64,000 nt of DNA from Pseudomonadota bacterium (GTDB lineage: Bacteria; Pseudomonadota; Alphaproteobacteria; Micavibrionales; UBA1664), in contig RFNZ01000004.1 in assembly GCA_009926935.1 (NCBI GenBank), forward strand, positions 21,104-85,103. The letters are read 5' to 3'. Numbering within the stretch: the first letter of the stretch is position 1; the number at the start of each line of letters is the position of its first letter. This document shows, in pieces, positions 43,102 to 52,328 of the stretch. Position numbers and translations under genes: made by a program. Below the pieces are notes generated by a model. That model was not told the DNA's origin, ran no database searches, and worked only from the letters and a program-made list of their open reading frames with translations.

Positions 43102-44769
43102 TTAATGAGCGGGCTGAGGTTGCGGTTTTTGATGCTGCCCTACCGCTTTATGCCAATCGTCAAAAACGGCATCCATAAGCAGTTGCATGGCACGAGGTGC
43201 GCTCTCTCTAAATTTTAGATATGAGGGCGTATGAATAGAGCCATGATGATCGAATGACTGCTCCCAGGCTGCCCAACGTATGTGTTCCGCAGTGGTCCAT
43301 TTTTTAGTCAATCGATAGAGCTTCGGTATGCTTGCAGCAACACGTACTGAAAAATCCATCTCTTTCAAACCACCGCGCACATCTCGTGCTATTTCAATAA
43401 ATGGAGCGAGTAACGAAGATCTTTTAACTTCCGGTTCTGCTGTTTTCTGCGGAAGTTTTAAATTTCTGCGGCGCTGGATATCTTTGTGATCGGCCACTTG
43501 TTCTTCCAAGTCAGTTGATTTGAGGGGTGAGGGAGCCTGCAACCCGGTGACCGCTGAAATGTCTGCTGTAGATTTTTTACTGCGCCGAATAACGCGTTCA
43601 AAAGTATCATTTTTTAGGAAGCTTTTATCGATGTCACAGTGATCGTTGATCCAGCCTTCGCATTTTTTAAAGAGTGGATGGTCAACCGGTACAACGCGTA
43701 AAAGATGGTGCATCATTAAGGTTGAAAAATAGTGCTGTGCTTGATTGGCAAGCGTTTTATGTTCGTCACGCGGTGTGATGCTCATATAACGGATATCAAA
43801 GCCAAGCTGCCCGACTTTCTTAAAAAACTGCTCAAGTCGTGAATCGATATACCCCTGCATGGAGGGGTTCTGGTAAAGGCGTTGAAAAGCTTCTGCCTGA
43901 ACAATGAGCCCTAGCGACTCATATCCGTTCTCGTCAAGTTCTGAGAATACATAGCCTTCATGGCGTTCATTTATCACAGTTGTTACTGCTGAACCACGTC
44001 CTCTGGGAATTAACTTCTCTTCTCTTCTTTCAAAATGAACGCCATATGGGGTTTCGGAGAGTTCGTAGCCCTTGTTGCCGTAGTATGGATTTATAATCAA
44101 AGGCGTCATGGCGTGGTACCAGTCGTGATTGATCAGCGCAAAAATTGATTGGAAATCACGCAGTAAAGGTTCTGCGTTCAAGCGTTTGGTAACTTGAAGG
44201 ATTTCTTTTGGTACGGTAACATAGGGGATGGATACTAAGTTTGATACGATGCGGTGGTCATTTGTTCGTTGGTTCCGAACGATATTGATGAAACCAAAAT
44301 GGGTGCTTCCTGGCCCATTCATTACCATTGAAGGGATGTAGGGCATACCAAAGCTATCCGCAACGACACCAAATTTCATGCCAAATTGATCCAGTGTCTC
44401 TCCATGTGCTTCCTCTAAGGCCCCTCTATTGGTATAAACCGGAAGTATGGCGGGCTGTAACAATTGGAGCAGTCTAGCTCCTCTTGCGGTAAGTCTGAAT
44501 ACTTGCCCCATATCCTGACCAGTCCAAATGTATTTCGCATCTGGTGGTGGCGGTGTCTCTCGTATCATATTGGAGACGACATCAAGGACGGGCATAAGCC
44601 CCTGTTTTTGTAAATCAGCGAGTTCTCCTAATGATCTTTCATGCAATTTACACGCAAGGTCAGCCCATACTTGCTGGTCATCGCTGCCACCGTAAGCAAT
44701 TGGAGAGTAGGCATGCAGAGCATCATTCGCATGTACAAATCCTTCAATGTCGATAGCCGGTATGTTCAA
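43102..44769 (-). CDS. Orphan protein with HDWYH motif (paralog 2)
   Basis: 555 aa, TTG start; NHDWYH coded at 44113-44127; YESLGL..QAEAFQR; MMHHLLRVVP..HPL. Confidence 0.8.
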   Translation of the reverse strand: MNIPAIDIEGFVHANDALHAYSPIAYGGSDDQQVWADLACKLHERSLGELADLQKQGLMPVLDVVSNMIRETPPPPDAKYIWTGQDMGQVFRLTARGARLLQLLQPAILPVYTNRGALEEAHGETLDQFGMKFGVVADSFGMPYIPSMVMNGPGSTHFGFINIVRNQRTNDHRIVSNLVSIPYVTVPKEILQVTKRLNAEPLLRDFQSIFALINHDWYHAMTPLIINPYYGNKGYELSETPYGVHFERREEKLIPRGRGSAVTTVINERHEGYVFSELDENGYESLGLIVQAEAFQRLYQNPSMQGYIDSRLEQFFKKVGQLGFDIRYMSITPRDEHKTLANQAQHYFSTLMMHHLLRVVPVDHPLFKKCEGWINDHCDIDKSFLKNDTFERVIRRSKKSTADISAVTGLQAPSPLKSTDLEEQVADHKDIQRRRNLKLPQKTAEPEVKRSSLLAPFIEIARDVRGGLKEMDFSVRVAASIPKLYRLTKKWTTAEHIRWAAWEQSFDHHGSIHTPSYLKFRESAPRAMQLLMDAVFDDWHKAVGQHQKPQPQPAH

Positions 44770-44809
44770 GCTGCCTGCCTAAAAAATGGTTTTATGACGT
44801 ATTGTAGAA

Positions 44810-44824
44810 AAAATACGTAAATAA
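44810..44824 (-). promoter_or_regulatory. Shared upstream motif, copy 2
   Basis: Identical to 42995-43009. Confidence 0.55.
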
Positions 44825-44861
44825 ACGATTTATTCCGCAGTTTACAAGTTATTTGGGGTGA

Positions 44862-46127
44862 TCACTCCCCGAATTCCGCCAGTTCTGGCACGCGTGCGAA
44901 CGCGATTTTGGTTCCCACAAACCCTGCCTGTGTTTTGGGCATGTTGCCGAAATGAAGGGCCTGCGGCCCATAGGCTTTGGCGATATCGTCCATAGCAGCC
45001 GACAACGCCGTATTTTTTGGTTTACGCGGGGCGGAGGCCGCAAATAAATCGCCCGTGGTTTCGGCGGCTTCCTGCAAACCCGCAAGCGCGATGGATACTT
45101 TTTTGACAGCAGCCGGTTTCATTGTATCCGTCATCGTATCCCACAGGGCATGGGTCAGGCGCACGAAAGTCAGGGTATCGCTATCGGGCGCAATGCGTAC
45201 ATCCTGCCCCCAGCGCCGCCCATCCGCAAGGCGCACCGATAAATGAAAATGTGTGGCATACATCTCGTAACGCCGGAGGCGCTGGCACGCCTTCACGGTA
45301 AGCCTGCGGCACACATCCCGTGCAACATCAGGCCTGCGTGAATCGAAATCCAGCACGCGGCTATGCCCAACCACGCTTTTGTTTGTTTCAAGATCGGGTA
45401 CGTCGTAGCCGTGCAGGCGGTACCAGAATTTCTCGCCCTCTACACTCCTCCAGATGGCGCGCATTTGCTTCGGGTGTACATCCCACAACTGCTTCATGGT
45501 CCAGATACCGGCATTATTGAGCCGTGCCTCCATATTGGCGCCGATACCGCATAAATCCCTGATATCGAGATCAAGCAAAGGCCCCGGCAGCCTATGCCCT
45601 TCAAGCACGGTCATGCCGTTGGGTTTTTTCATGTCGCTGGCGACTTTTGCAAGCCACGCATTGGGTGCTAGGCCAACCGAACAGGTGATGCATTCACCCA
45701 CATTGCGGCGCAGCCCGTCTTTGATGCGGCCCACAAGGGCGGTTGCGGCCTCGACATTTTGTTTGAGTGGCAGAAGGCGGCTTGCCAATTCGTCAATCGA
45801 CCAGATTTTGCCGATAGGCGTATGCAGCGCCACTTCCTCGATAATCTTATGATGGTAGCGCACGTAAACATCATGCCGCGCCAGAACGCAGATTAATGAC
45901 GGGCACATCTGTTTGGCTTCCCAAATGCTGGTACCTGTTTTGATACCGAAGGCTTTGGCCTCGTACGATGCCGCAATCGCGCAGGTGGCATCGGTCGGCA
46001 TCGGTACGATGGCAATGGGCTTGCCGCGTAGATGCGGGTTCTCTTGTTGCTCGCAGGAAGCAAAGTAGCTGTTGAGGTCCAGAAACAACCATTGGACCCC
46101 GTAAGGGCGTGGCGGAGTTATCATCAT
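44862..46127 (-). CDS. dinB: Y-family DNA polymerase (DinB/Pol IV-like)
   Basis: FLDLNSYFASCE, AASYEAKAFGIKTG, WSIDE, LAKVASDMKKPNG, GIG; catalytic acidic residues intact. Confidence 0.92.
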   Translation of the reverse strand: MMITPPRPYGVQWLFLDLNSYFASCEQQENPHLRGKPIAIVPMPTDATCAIAASYEAKAFGIKTGTSIWEAKQMCPSLICVLARHDVYVRYHHKIIEEVALHTPIGKIWSIDELASRLLPLKQNVEAATALVGRIKDGLRRNVGECITCSVGLAPNAWLAKVASDMKKPNGMTVLEGHRLPGPLLDLDIRDLCGIGANMEARLNNAGIWTMKQLWDVHPKQMRAIWRSVEGEKFWYRLHGYDVPDLETNKSVVGHSRVLDFDSRRPDVARDVCRRLTVKACQRLRRYEMYATHFHLSVRLADGRRWGQDVRIAPDSDTLTFVRLTHALWDTMTDTMKPAAVKKVSIALAGLQEAAETTGDLFAASAPRKPKNTALSAAMDDIAKAYGPQALHFGNMPKTQAGFVGTKIAFARVPELAEFGE

Positions 46128-46129
46128 AA

Positions 46130-46173
46130 TGTTCTATATTTGTTCTAATTATAAAAAGAACAAAAATAGAACA
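46130..46173 (-). promoter_or_regulatory. Two inverted alphaproteobacterial LexA (SOS) boxes
   Basis: GTTC-TATATTT-GTTC (46131-46145) and GAAC-AAAAATA-GAAC (46158-46172); TTGACA on the minus strand at 46180-46175 and TATAAT between the boxes. Confidence 0.85.
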
Positions 46174-46184
46174 ATGTCAAGAGG

Positions 46185-47735
46185 TCAGTGTACAGCGGCA
46201 GGCTGGTGAGTGGCGTGTTTAAGCGCCCTGCGGATAATCTTGGGGCCTTGGCCGTCAGGCATTTGCAAACCATCCATAAGAGCACGGGCGGCAGGCAGTG
46301 TGTGAGAAACGCTGTCCAGAAACTTGCCAAAGACAAGCCGGTTATAGGCATTCACGTTCATGCTGGTGTCGGGCTCGAGCAACATCGACTTGATGACTTT
46401 AAGATGAGGCATGATGTCGTGTTTCTGGGTTTTCTCCGTACCAAAATGGAGGTTGCCCAGATAAAGCAGAACCTGCGGCAGGCGTTCCGTGCTTCCGCCA
46501 AGGATGCCTTTAAGATCATCCGGCGGTATGGCGCCGCAGGCATGAAGGTTTTTGAGTACATAGTTAAAAACAGCCTGTGGCGCCTGATAGGCTTTGTTCG
46601 CACGGCTGGGGGATATAAGCGTGTTATAGGTAGCAAGCCACATGGGCGCTGGCATGTCTTTAGCCGAGGGCAATGGCCCGCTGGCTCCGGATTTCATGCA
46701 GTATCCCTGCCACACGGGGCCAAGCAGCGCTGCCATCGTCTCGTTCGCCGATTTCGGCTGCTCACCGGGTGAAACACGGTCTGTCTTGTCAGCATTAAAG
46801 CGTAAGCCGATAGCATCAAGTCGCTGCTGGAGGACATCGCGGGCGCGATCCGCATCTTGCGGGTTCGCCGACGCAATCCTGAAATCGTCGTGGTATCTGA
46901 AATATTCAAGCCCCGGCGTTTTTTTACACAAAGCCTGCATTTCAACATCAACCTGATGCATATACAGTTTCATCAGGACATCTGTGAGGATCGACTCTTG
47001 AGGGAGGCCCTGGACGCCCTGCTTCTTCCACGAATCAAGGATAGCGCTGAGCGCCTGAATACGGGCGGGATCAAGGCCCATCTGTTCAAGCCCAGCGCAA
47101 AGATGTTCGTATTGCACACTGCCCGAGAAATCGGAAACATCAAGAATATGAACAGTATGATTGCCGCTATTGATAAGCTCTTCGGTTCTTTCACGAAACT
47201 TTCCGAACGAGGCACCGTAAGCAGTCAGCCAGCTTACATCTGGTTTTGCATCTTCAACTTTGCCTGATTTTCTCTCAGCCGCAGAAATTAGTTTGGGCTG
47301 GAGCGGCGCCACAGGCAGTGGGCGACAATAATCGATCATGCCTTCTTGCGTGCCAAGTTCACCCGCATAAAGCGTGCTCCAAATTTTTTTATATTCACTG
47401 GTAACAAGGGCCAGTGCGATGACACGCTCAAAAACAGGAATGTATGCGGCCCTACGCTCTTTCCCGCCAGCCTTCGGTGTCTGAAAAAGCTCAATCAGAT
47501 CAATAGGGTTCCCGTTAGCGATACGCTTAAGATGTTTTTTGAGTTTGCCGGCAAAGGCCTCGGCATCCATTGATCCAATTTCACGAAGCTTATCAAGGTC
47601 TTCATGATGGGCGATCCTGTCGTGTTTACGGCCGTCAGCGAGTGTTTTGGTCAGCGTTGCTTCCACCCATGTGAGCGCGATTTTAAGGCCCTCGGGTGTA
47701 ATCAATCCGGCTGTATCTAAGGTACTCGTACCCAT
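46185..47735 (-). CDS. Stand-alone reverse transcriptase, divergent UG/Abi-like, with helical C-terminal extension
   Basis: PKAGGKERRAAYIPVFERV (RT1/2), ILDVSDFSGSV (D199), GLPQESILTDVLMKLYMHQVD (RT4), YFRYHDD (281-284, nt 46895-46884), GLRFNADKT (RT7). Confidence 0.85.
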   Translation of the reverse strand: MGTSTLDTAGLITPEGLKIALTWVEATLTKTLADGRKHDRIAHHEDLDKLREIGSMDAEAFAGKLKKHLKRIANGNPIDLIELFQTPKAGGKERRAAYIPVFERVIALALVTSEYKKIWSTLYAGELGTQEGMIDYCRPLPVAPLQPKLISAAERKSGKVEDAKPDVSWLTAYGASFGKFRERTEELINSGNHTVHILDVSDFSGSVQYEHLCAGLEQMGLDPARIQALSAILDSWKKQGVQGLPQESILTDVLMKLYMHQVDVEMQALCKKTPGLEYFRYHDDFRIASANPQDADRARDVLQQRLDAIGLRFNADKTDRVSPGEQPKSANETMAALLGPVWQGYCMKSGASGPLPSAKDMPAPMWLATYNTLISPSRANKAYQAPQAVFNYVLKNLHACGAIPPDDLKGILGGSTERLPQVLLYLGNLHFGTEKTQKHDIMPHLKVIKSMLLEPDTSMNVNAYNRLVFGKFLDSVSHTLPAARALMDGLQMPDGQGPKIIRRALKHATHQPAAVH

Positions 47736-47847
47736 CTGCGTTTAGTGCCTTTTTGGAAACACAGTCTCTCACTGTCAAATTACATAACAATTATTAACAA
47801 ATATGAAAAATTCTGCAAACATTTTTTTTAAGAAAAACAGAGAGTTG

Positions 47848-48570
47848 TTACTTCCGTCTGAGCCCGATAAGGGCTGAGACGATGCCATGGAAGGTCTGGG
47901 CTTCCTGATGGGTCATGCGCGAGCGCGCAAAAAAGGAGAGCAGATTACGCATGAGCGTGGGGCGCAGCTCCTCGGATCTAAAAAATCCGCCGCGATCCAT
48001 TTCCTCTTCAAGCCGTGAGACGAGGCCGGAGATAACCGCGGCATCGGCAAGCTCAGCACCACCTGTACGAAACTGGGCAGGGGCCGTAGTATCAACCGCC
48101 GTAAACCACTCGTAAGAGACGAGTAAAACAGCCTGCGCAAGGTTGAGTGATGTAAACCCAGGATTGAGCGGGATAGTCACAAGACCGCCAGCCAAAGCAA
48201 TATCCTCGTTGCCAAGGCCTGTGCGCTCAGGCCCAAACAACACCGCGGCTTGGCCTGTTTCAGCGCGCAGGCGCACGGCACTTTCACGGGCGGTAAAAAC
48301 ATCTTTCACCATGTCGCGGGTGTTTGCAGTGGTTGCCAGCACATAGGTACAATCCGCAATGGCGTCTGCCGTTGTATCGTAAAGGCGCGCAACCACGCCC
48401 TTGTCAAAGGCACCAGATGCGGCAGCCTCTGCCGGGGCCGAGGGCCAACCATCGCGAGGCGCCACGATGCGAAGGTCAGTTAGGCCGCAATTCAGCATCG
48501 CGCGGGCGCACATGCCGATGTTTTCGCCCATCTGCGGCTTGACCAGAACAATGGCGGGTGTTTTTATCAT
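47848..48570 (-). CDS. trmJ: tRNA/rRNA methyltransferase, SPOUT TrmJ/LasT family
   Basis: PQMGENIGMCARAM, FGPERTGL, SLNLAQAV; start set at MIKTP. Confidence 0.92.
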   Translation of the reverse strand: MIKTPAIVLVKPQMGENIGMCARAMLNCGLTDLRIVAPRDGWPSAPAEAAASGAFDKGVVARLYDTTADAIADCTYVLATTANTRDMVKDVFTARESAVRLRAETGQAAVLFGPERTGLGNEDIALAGGLVTIPLNPGFTSLNLAQAVLLVSYEWFTAVDTTAPAQFRTGGAELADAAVISGLVSRLEEEMDRGGFFRSEELRPTLMRNLLSFFARSRMTHQEAQTFHGIVSALIGLRRK

Positions 48571-48615
48571 GCCGCTTTGTAGGCGGATTTTCTCAAGAAA
48601 GCAAAAAGGAAAACA

Positions 48616-49866
48616 ATGCGCATCTGGACAGTCGTGGTGGGCGAGCCAAGCCCGGTAGACGGCCCTGCCACAAGGCTGCTTCGTACCGGCATTCTGGCGC
48701 ATACGCTGTCTACCCGTGGCCATGATGTGACTTGGTTCAATGCCACTTTCAATCACAACCTCAAAATCCAGCGCTTTTCAAAGAGTACGATACAAAAAAA
48801 TGTAGGCGGGCTCACGCTGGCGTTCATGCACGGGCGGGCCTATCGGAGCAATGTTTCAATTGCACGTATTGAAAACCACATGCAGGTAGCAAGGTCATTT
48901 AAAAAAATGGCCGAACGGATGGAAAAGCCAGACGTCATCCAGTGCAGCTACCCGCCGATCGAGCTCGCTCATGCTGTCGCACAGTTCGCAAAAAAGAACG
49001 GTATTCCTTATATCATCGACTATCGCGATTTGTGGCCGGATATTATTGCCGATGTCGCGCCGGTACCGCTGCGCCCTCTGGCAAAACTTGCCATGACGCC
49101 CTGGTATAAGCAGGCGCGCGAAGCGACCTTGGGGGCCGCCGGCCTGTGCGCCATCACAAAGCCCTATCTGGAATGGGCCTCAAAATTTGCAGGCCGCAAG
49201 CCGGATGCGCGCGACCGCGTGTTTCATCTTGCGACAGCAGGCAGCAAGGCACCGGATGCAGACATTAAAAAAGCCGAGGCATTCTGGGATGCGCAGGGTA
49301 TCACGGGCAAAATCCCGACACTCGTTTTTTCAGGTACACTCAGTCGCCGCATGGATTTGTATACACTTCTGGATGCAGCAGAAATTTTACCCGAAGAGGT
49401 AAGACAAAAAATTCGGATCGTCATTTGCGGTAAGGGCGAGGCGGAAGAAGAGTTAAAGAAAAAAGCCGATGGTCTGCCGCATGTTCTGATGGCAGGTTGG
49501 CGTAATCAGGCCGAGTTGCAGGCACTTATGGGTCGCGCCAAAGCGGGTTTGTTGCCGTATATATCGACGATCGATTTCCAGTGGTCGTACCCTAACAAAG
49601 TGGGTGAGTATCTGGGCGCGGGCCTTCCGATCATCACCTCGGTCACAGGTATTGTTGAAGCCCTCATCAAGTCAGAGGGCTGCGGTGCTTGTTACCGCGA
49701 AGGTGATAAAAACTCCTGCGCGCAGCTACTGACGATGATCGCTGAAAATCGTATTGATCTCGCGCCCATGTCGTATGCGGCACGCAAAGTTTATGCCCGC
49801 GATTTCGATGCCAGAAAAATCTACGACGATTACGCGGGCTATATCGAGAGCTTCAGGCAGCTCTGA
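48616..49866 (+). CDS. Glycosyltransferase family 4 (GT-B)
   Basis: DYRDLWPD, FSGTL, PNKVGEYLGAGLPII. Confidence 0.85.
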   Translation: MRIWTVVVGEPSPVDGPATRLLRTGILAHTLSTRGHDVTWFNATFNHNLKIQRFSKSTIQKNVGGLTLAFMHGRAYRSNVSIARIENHMQVARSFKKMAERMEKPDVIQCSYPPIELAHAVAQFAKKNGIPYIIDYRDLWPDIIADVAPVPLRPLAKLAMTPWYKQAREATLGAAGLCAITKPYLEWASKFAGRKPDARDRVFHLATAGSKAPDADIKKAEAFWDAQGITGKIPTLVFSGTLSRRMDLYTLLDAAEILPEEVRQKIRIVICGKGEAEEELKKKADGLPHVLMAGWRNQAELQALMGRAKAGLLPYISTIDFQWSYPNKVGEYLGAGLPIITSVTGIVEALIKSEGCGACYREGDKNSCAQLLTMIAENRIDLAPMSYAARKVYARDFDARKIYDDYAGYIESFRQL

Positions 49867-50272
49867 GGCGTGCAGCTGCAGCAGCGGCGTCCCTGCGAGC
49901 CATGTAGTCAAGCACACGGGGTAACTCAGGTTCGTTTAGCGTAACTGTTCTTGGGCCATGGATATCGGCATCCGCGGTAACGTTGCAGGCGACCACTGTA
50001 ACACCCGCACGGATTTGCGCGTCATTGCCGATATGTGCTGTCTCGCCTATAACAAAAGCGCCCTCATGAACCCAGCATGAACCATTGTAAGAGAGGTTAG
50101 AAAAATGCTGGATGTATCCGCCTTTTTCTCCAGCTTTAACAACGCCGGGTATGTCTACATTCGCAATGATGCGGGTGAGCGTTTGTCCATCCATTACAAT
50201 GGTGTCTGTATCGTCCATTCTGAATTTGCGCGGCGCGGCTTTAGAGGCAAAAGGGGTCGTGCTTGTGGTCAT
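49853..50272 (-). CDS. Short left-handed beta-helix (hexapeptide) protein of a phage-associated type
   Basis: TLTRIIA...VKAGEKGGYI....NLS..GSCWV followed by about 3 hexapeptide turns. Confidence 0.65.
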   Translation of the reverse strand: MTTSTTPFASKAAPRKFRMDDTDTIVMDGQTLTRIIANVDIPGVVKAGEKGGYIQHFSNLSYNGSCWVHEGAFVIGETAHIGNDAQIRAGVTVVACNVTADADIHGPRTVTLNEPELPRVLDYMARRDAAAAAARLRAA

Positions 50273-50345
50273 CGAAATCCTCCATGGGGTGATGATAAAA
50301 CGTTCATACCCATAACAACGAAGAAAAAATATGTCAAATATGCAG

Positions 50346-50375
50346 AAAAGCCCAACCGGTAAAGGCTGGGCTTTT
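50346..50375 (-). terminator. Intrinsic terminator of rpsD
   Basis: AAAAGCCCAACC-GGTAAA-GGCTGGGCTTTT. Confidence 0.75.
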
Positions 50376-50398
50376 CCTGAAGATCGCGCTGGTACTGA

Positions 50399-51019
50399 TT
50401 AGCGCGAGTAGAATTCGATAACGAGGTTCGGTTCCATCTGAACAGGGTATGGAACTTCATCTTTTTTCGGCATGCGGATGAGCTTGCCTTTTTTCTCTTT
50501 CGCATCGACTTCCAGATATTCAGGAATATCGCGCTCGGCGCTTTCGCAGGCGAGTTGAATATGGGCCATGTTGGCGGCTTTTGGTGTCAGCGTGATCTCA
50601 TCGCCGGCCTGAACCTGATAGGATGAAATGGTAACGCGCTTGCCGTTCACGCGGACGTGACCGTGGCTCACATACTGGCGGGCAGCAAACGGGGTCATCG
50701 CAAATTTCATGCGGTAGACAACGGCATCCAGACGGCTTTCAAGAAGGCCGATCAGGTTGTCCGAGCTGTCACCACGCAGGCGGATGGCTTCAGCATACAG
50801 GCGGCGGAATGCGCGCTCACCGATGTTGCCGTAATAGCCTTTGAGTTTTTGTTTGGCCATCAACTGCTTGCCGTAGTCGGACAGCTTGCGCGACTTTTGT
50901 GGGCCGTGTTGACCAGGGCCGTATTCGCGTTTGTTGAGGGGTGATTTGGGGCGGCCCCAGAGGTTGACGCCAAGGCGGCGGTCAAGTTTATGCTTGGATT
51001 CAGGGCGTTTGTCGCTCAT
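50399..51019 (-). CDS. rpsD: 30S ribosomal protein S4
   Basis: [40 protein letters not shown]. Confidence 0.98.
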   Translation of the reverse strand: MSDKRPESKHKLDRRLGVNLWGRPKSPLNKREYGPGQHGPQKSRKLSDYGKQLMAKQKLKGYYGNIGERAFRRLYAEAIRLRGDSSDNLIGLLESRLDAVVYRMKFAMTPFAARQYVSHGHVRVNGKRVTISSYQVQAGDEITLTPKAANMAHIQLACESAERDIPEYLEVDAKEKKGKLIRMPKKDEVPYPVQMEPNLVIEFYSR

Positions 51020-51277
51020 GTCATACTTCCTTTGTTGTTGTTTTTGTCCTGCTAGTCCCTATTCAAAGGGCGGGAACATAAGACATCTCATGCACCACTT
51101 TCACGGGAATGGCGCTTTTTATAAGGATTTTTGGCAGATTGTCAAATTAAAGCGGCTTTTCTCCTTGCGCCCGCTGCTCATCCGCGATGACTTCACGCTT
51201 TGCGATGTTGATGGCGACCACAAATGCCAGATATGCAAGCACCATGTATAGGGCAATGAGCCTCCACTGTTTTGGCA

Positions 51278-52270
51278 TCACAAACTCCTCAAAAGTTCAT
51301 CAAAATAGGCATTGATGCGTTCTTTAACAGCAACTGGGTCTTCAAGCGTGTTGATGGTGCCGCGCACGGGGTCCGAATTGGGCAAATCCTGCAAATACCA
51401 GCCGATGTGTTTTCGGGCGATGGCATTGCCTTGGCGCATGCCGTGATACTCTAGCAAAGCGTCGTAATGCGCGATCACAATATCGCGGATTTCATGCAGG
51501 GCAGGGTCAGGGGTCATCGTGTTGTTTTTAAGGTAATCCATTACCTGCCGCACAAGCCATGGGCGGCCATAGGTGCCGCGCCCGACCATCACGCCGTCAG
51601 CCCCAGATGCCTCAAGCGCACGCCGCGCATCATGCGGGTGCACAATGTCGCCGTTCACAATCACGGGTACCGATACGGCGGCCTTCACGGCACGCACGGC
51701 GTTCCAGTCAGCCTCACCGCCATAAAGCTGGTTGCGCGTGCGCCCGTGCACCGTAATCATTTTAATACCCACGCTTTCGGCGCGTTTGGCCAAGGTAGGG
51801 GCGTTGAGGGAATGTTCATCCCATCCCAATCGCATTTTGACGGTCACGGGCACATCTACGGCACGCACAACTGCATCCATAATGGTGGTCGCCAAAGGCT
51901 CGTCGCGCATAAGCGCCGAACCCGCAAAATTATTGACAACTTTTTTAACAGGGCAACCGAAATTGATATCAATGACAGGCGCGCCACGACCCACACACAC
52001 GCGTGCGGCCTCGGCCATAATCTCAGGCTCACAGCCTGCGATTTGTGCTGCCATCGGGAATTCCTGCGCGTAGTTGTCACGGCTTTGCGGGCGCTGGCGC
52101 ACTTCTTCTAGCATTGGGCGCGATGCAATCATCTCCGATACAACCATCCCCGCACCAAAGCGGCGCACAAGACGCCGGAACGGCAAATCCGTAACACCGG
52201 ACATCGGCGCCAGAAACACGGGCGAAGCAATTTGTAATGTGCCGATGGAAAGAGGTTTCATAGGTTTCAA
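51278..52270 (-). CDS. dusB: tRNA-dihydrouridine synthase B
   Basis: [35 protein letters not shown]. Confidence 0.95.
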   Translation of the reverse strand: MKPMKPLSIGTLQIASPVFLAPMSGVTDLPFRRLVRRFGAGMVVSEMIASRPMLEEVRQRPQSRDNYAQEFPMAAQIAGCEPEIMAEAARVCVGRGAPVIDINFGCPVKKVVNNFAGSALMRDEPLATTIMDAVVRAVDVPVTVKMRLGWDEHSLNAPTLAKRAESVGIKMITVHGRTRNQLYGGEADWNAVRAVKAAVSVPVIVNGDIVHPHDARRALEASGADGVMVGRGTYGRPWLVRQVMDYLKNNTMTPDPALHEIRDIVIAHYDALLEYHGMRQGNAIARKHIGWYLQDLPNSDPVRGTINTLEDPVAVKERINAYFDELLRSL

Positions 52271-52328
52271 TCAGGCGAGGGATGCAAGGGTTGGTGTGGC
52301 GGCTTGCATACCGAGCCGTTATAGGGCG

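Noticed and set aside
44862-46127. imuA-imuB-dnaE2 mutagenesis cassette
   Set aside because: No imuA or dnaE2 nearby, and the polymerase keeps its catalytic residues, unlike ImuB.
46185-47735. RT as group II intron, retron or DGR
   Set aside because: No YADD/maturase X or endonuclease domain and no flanking intron RNA space; no NAxxH or VTG; no LGxxxSQ, Avd gene or TR/VR repeat pair seen.
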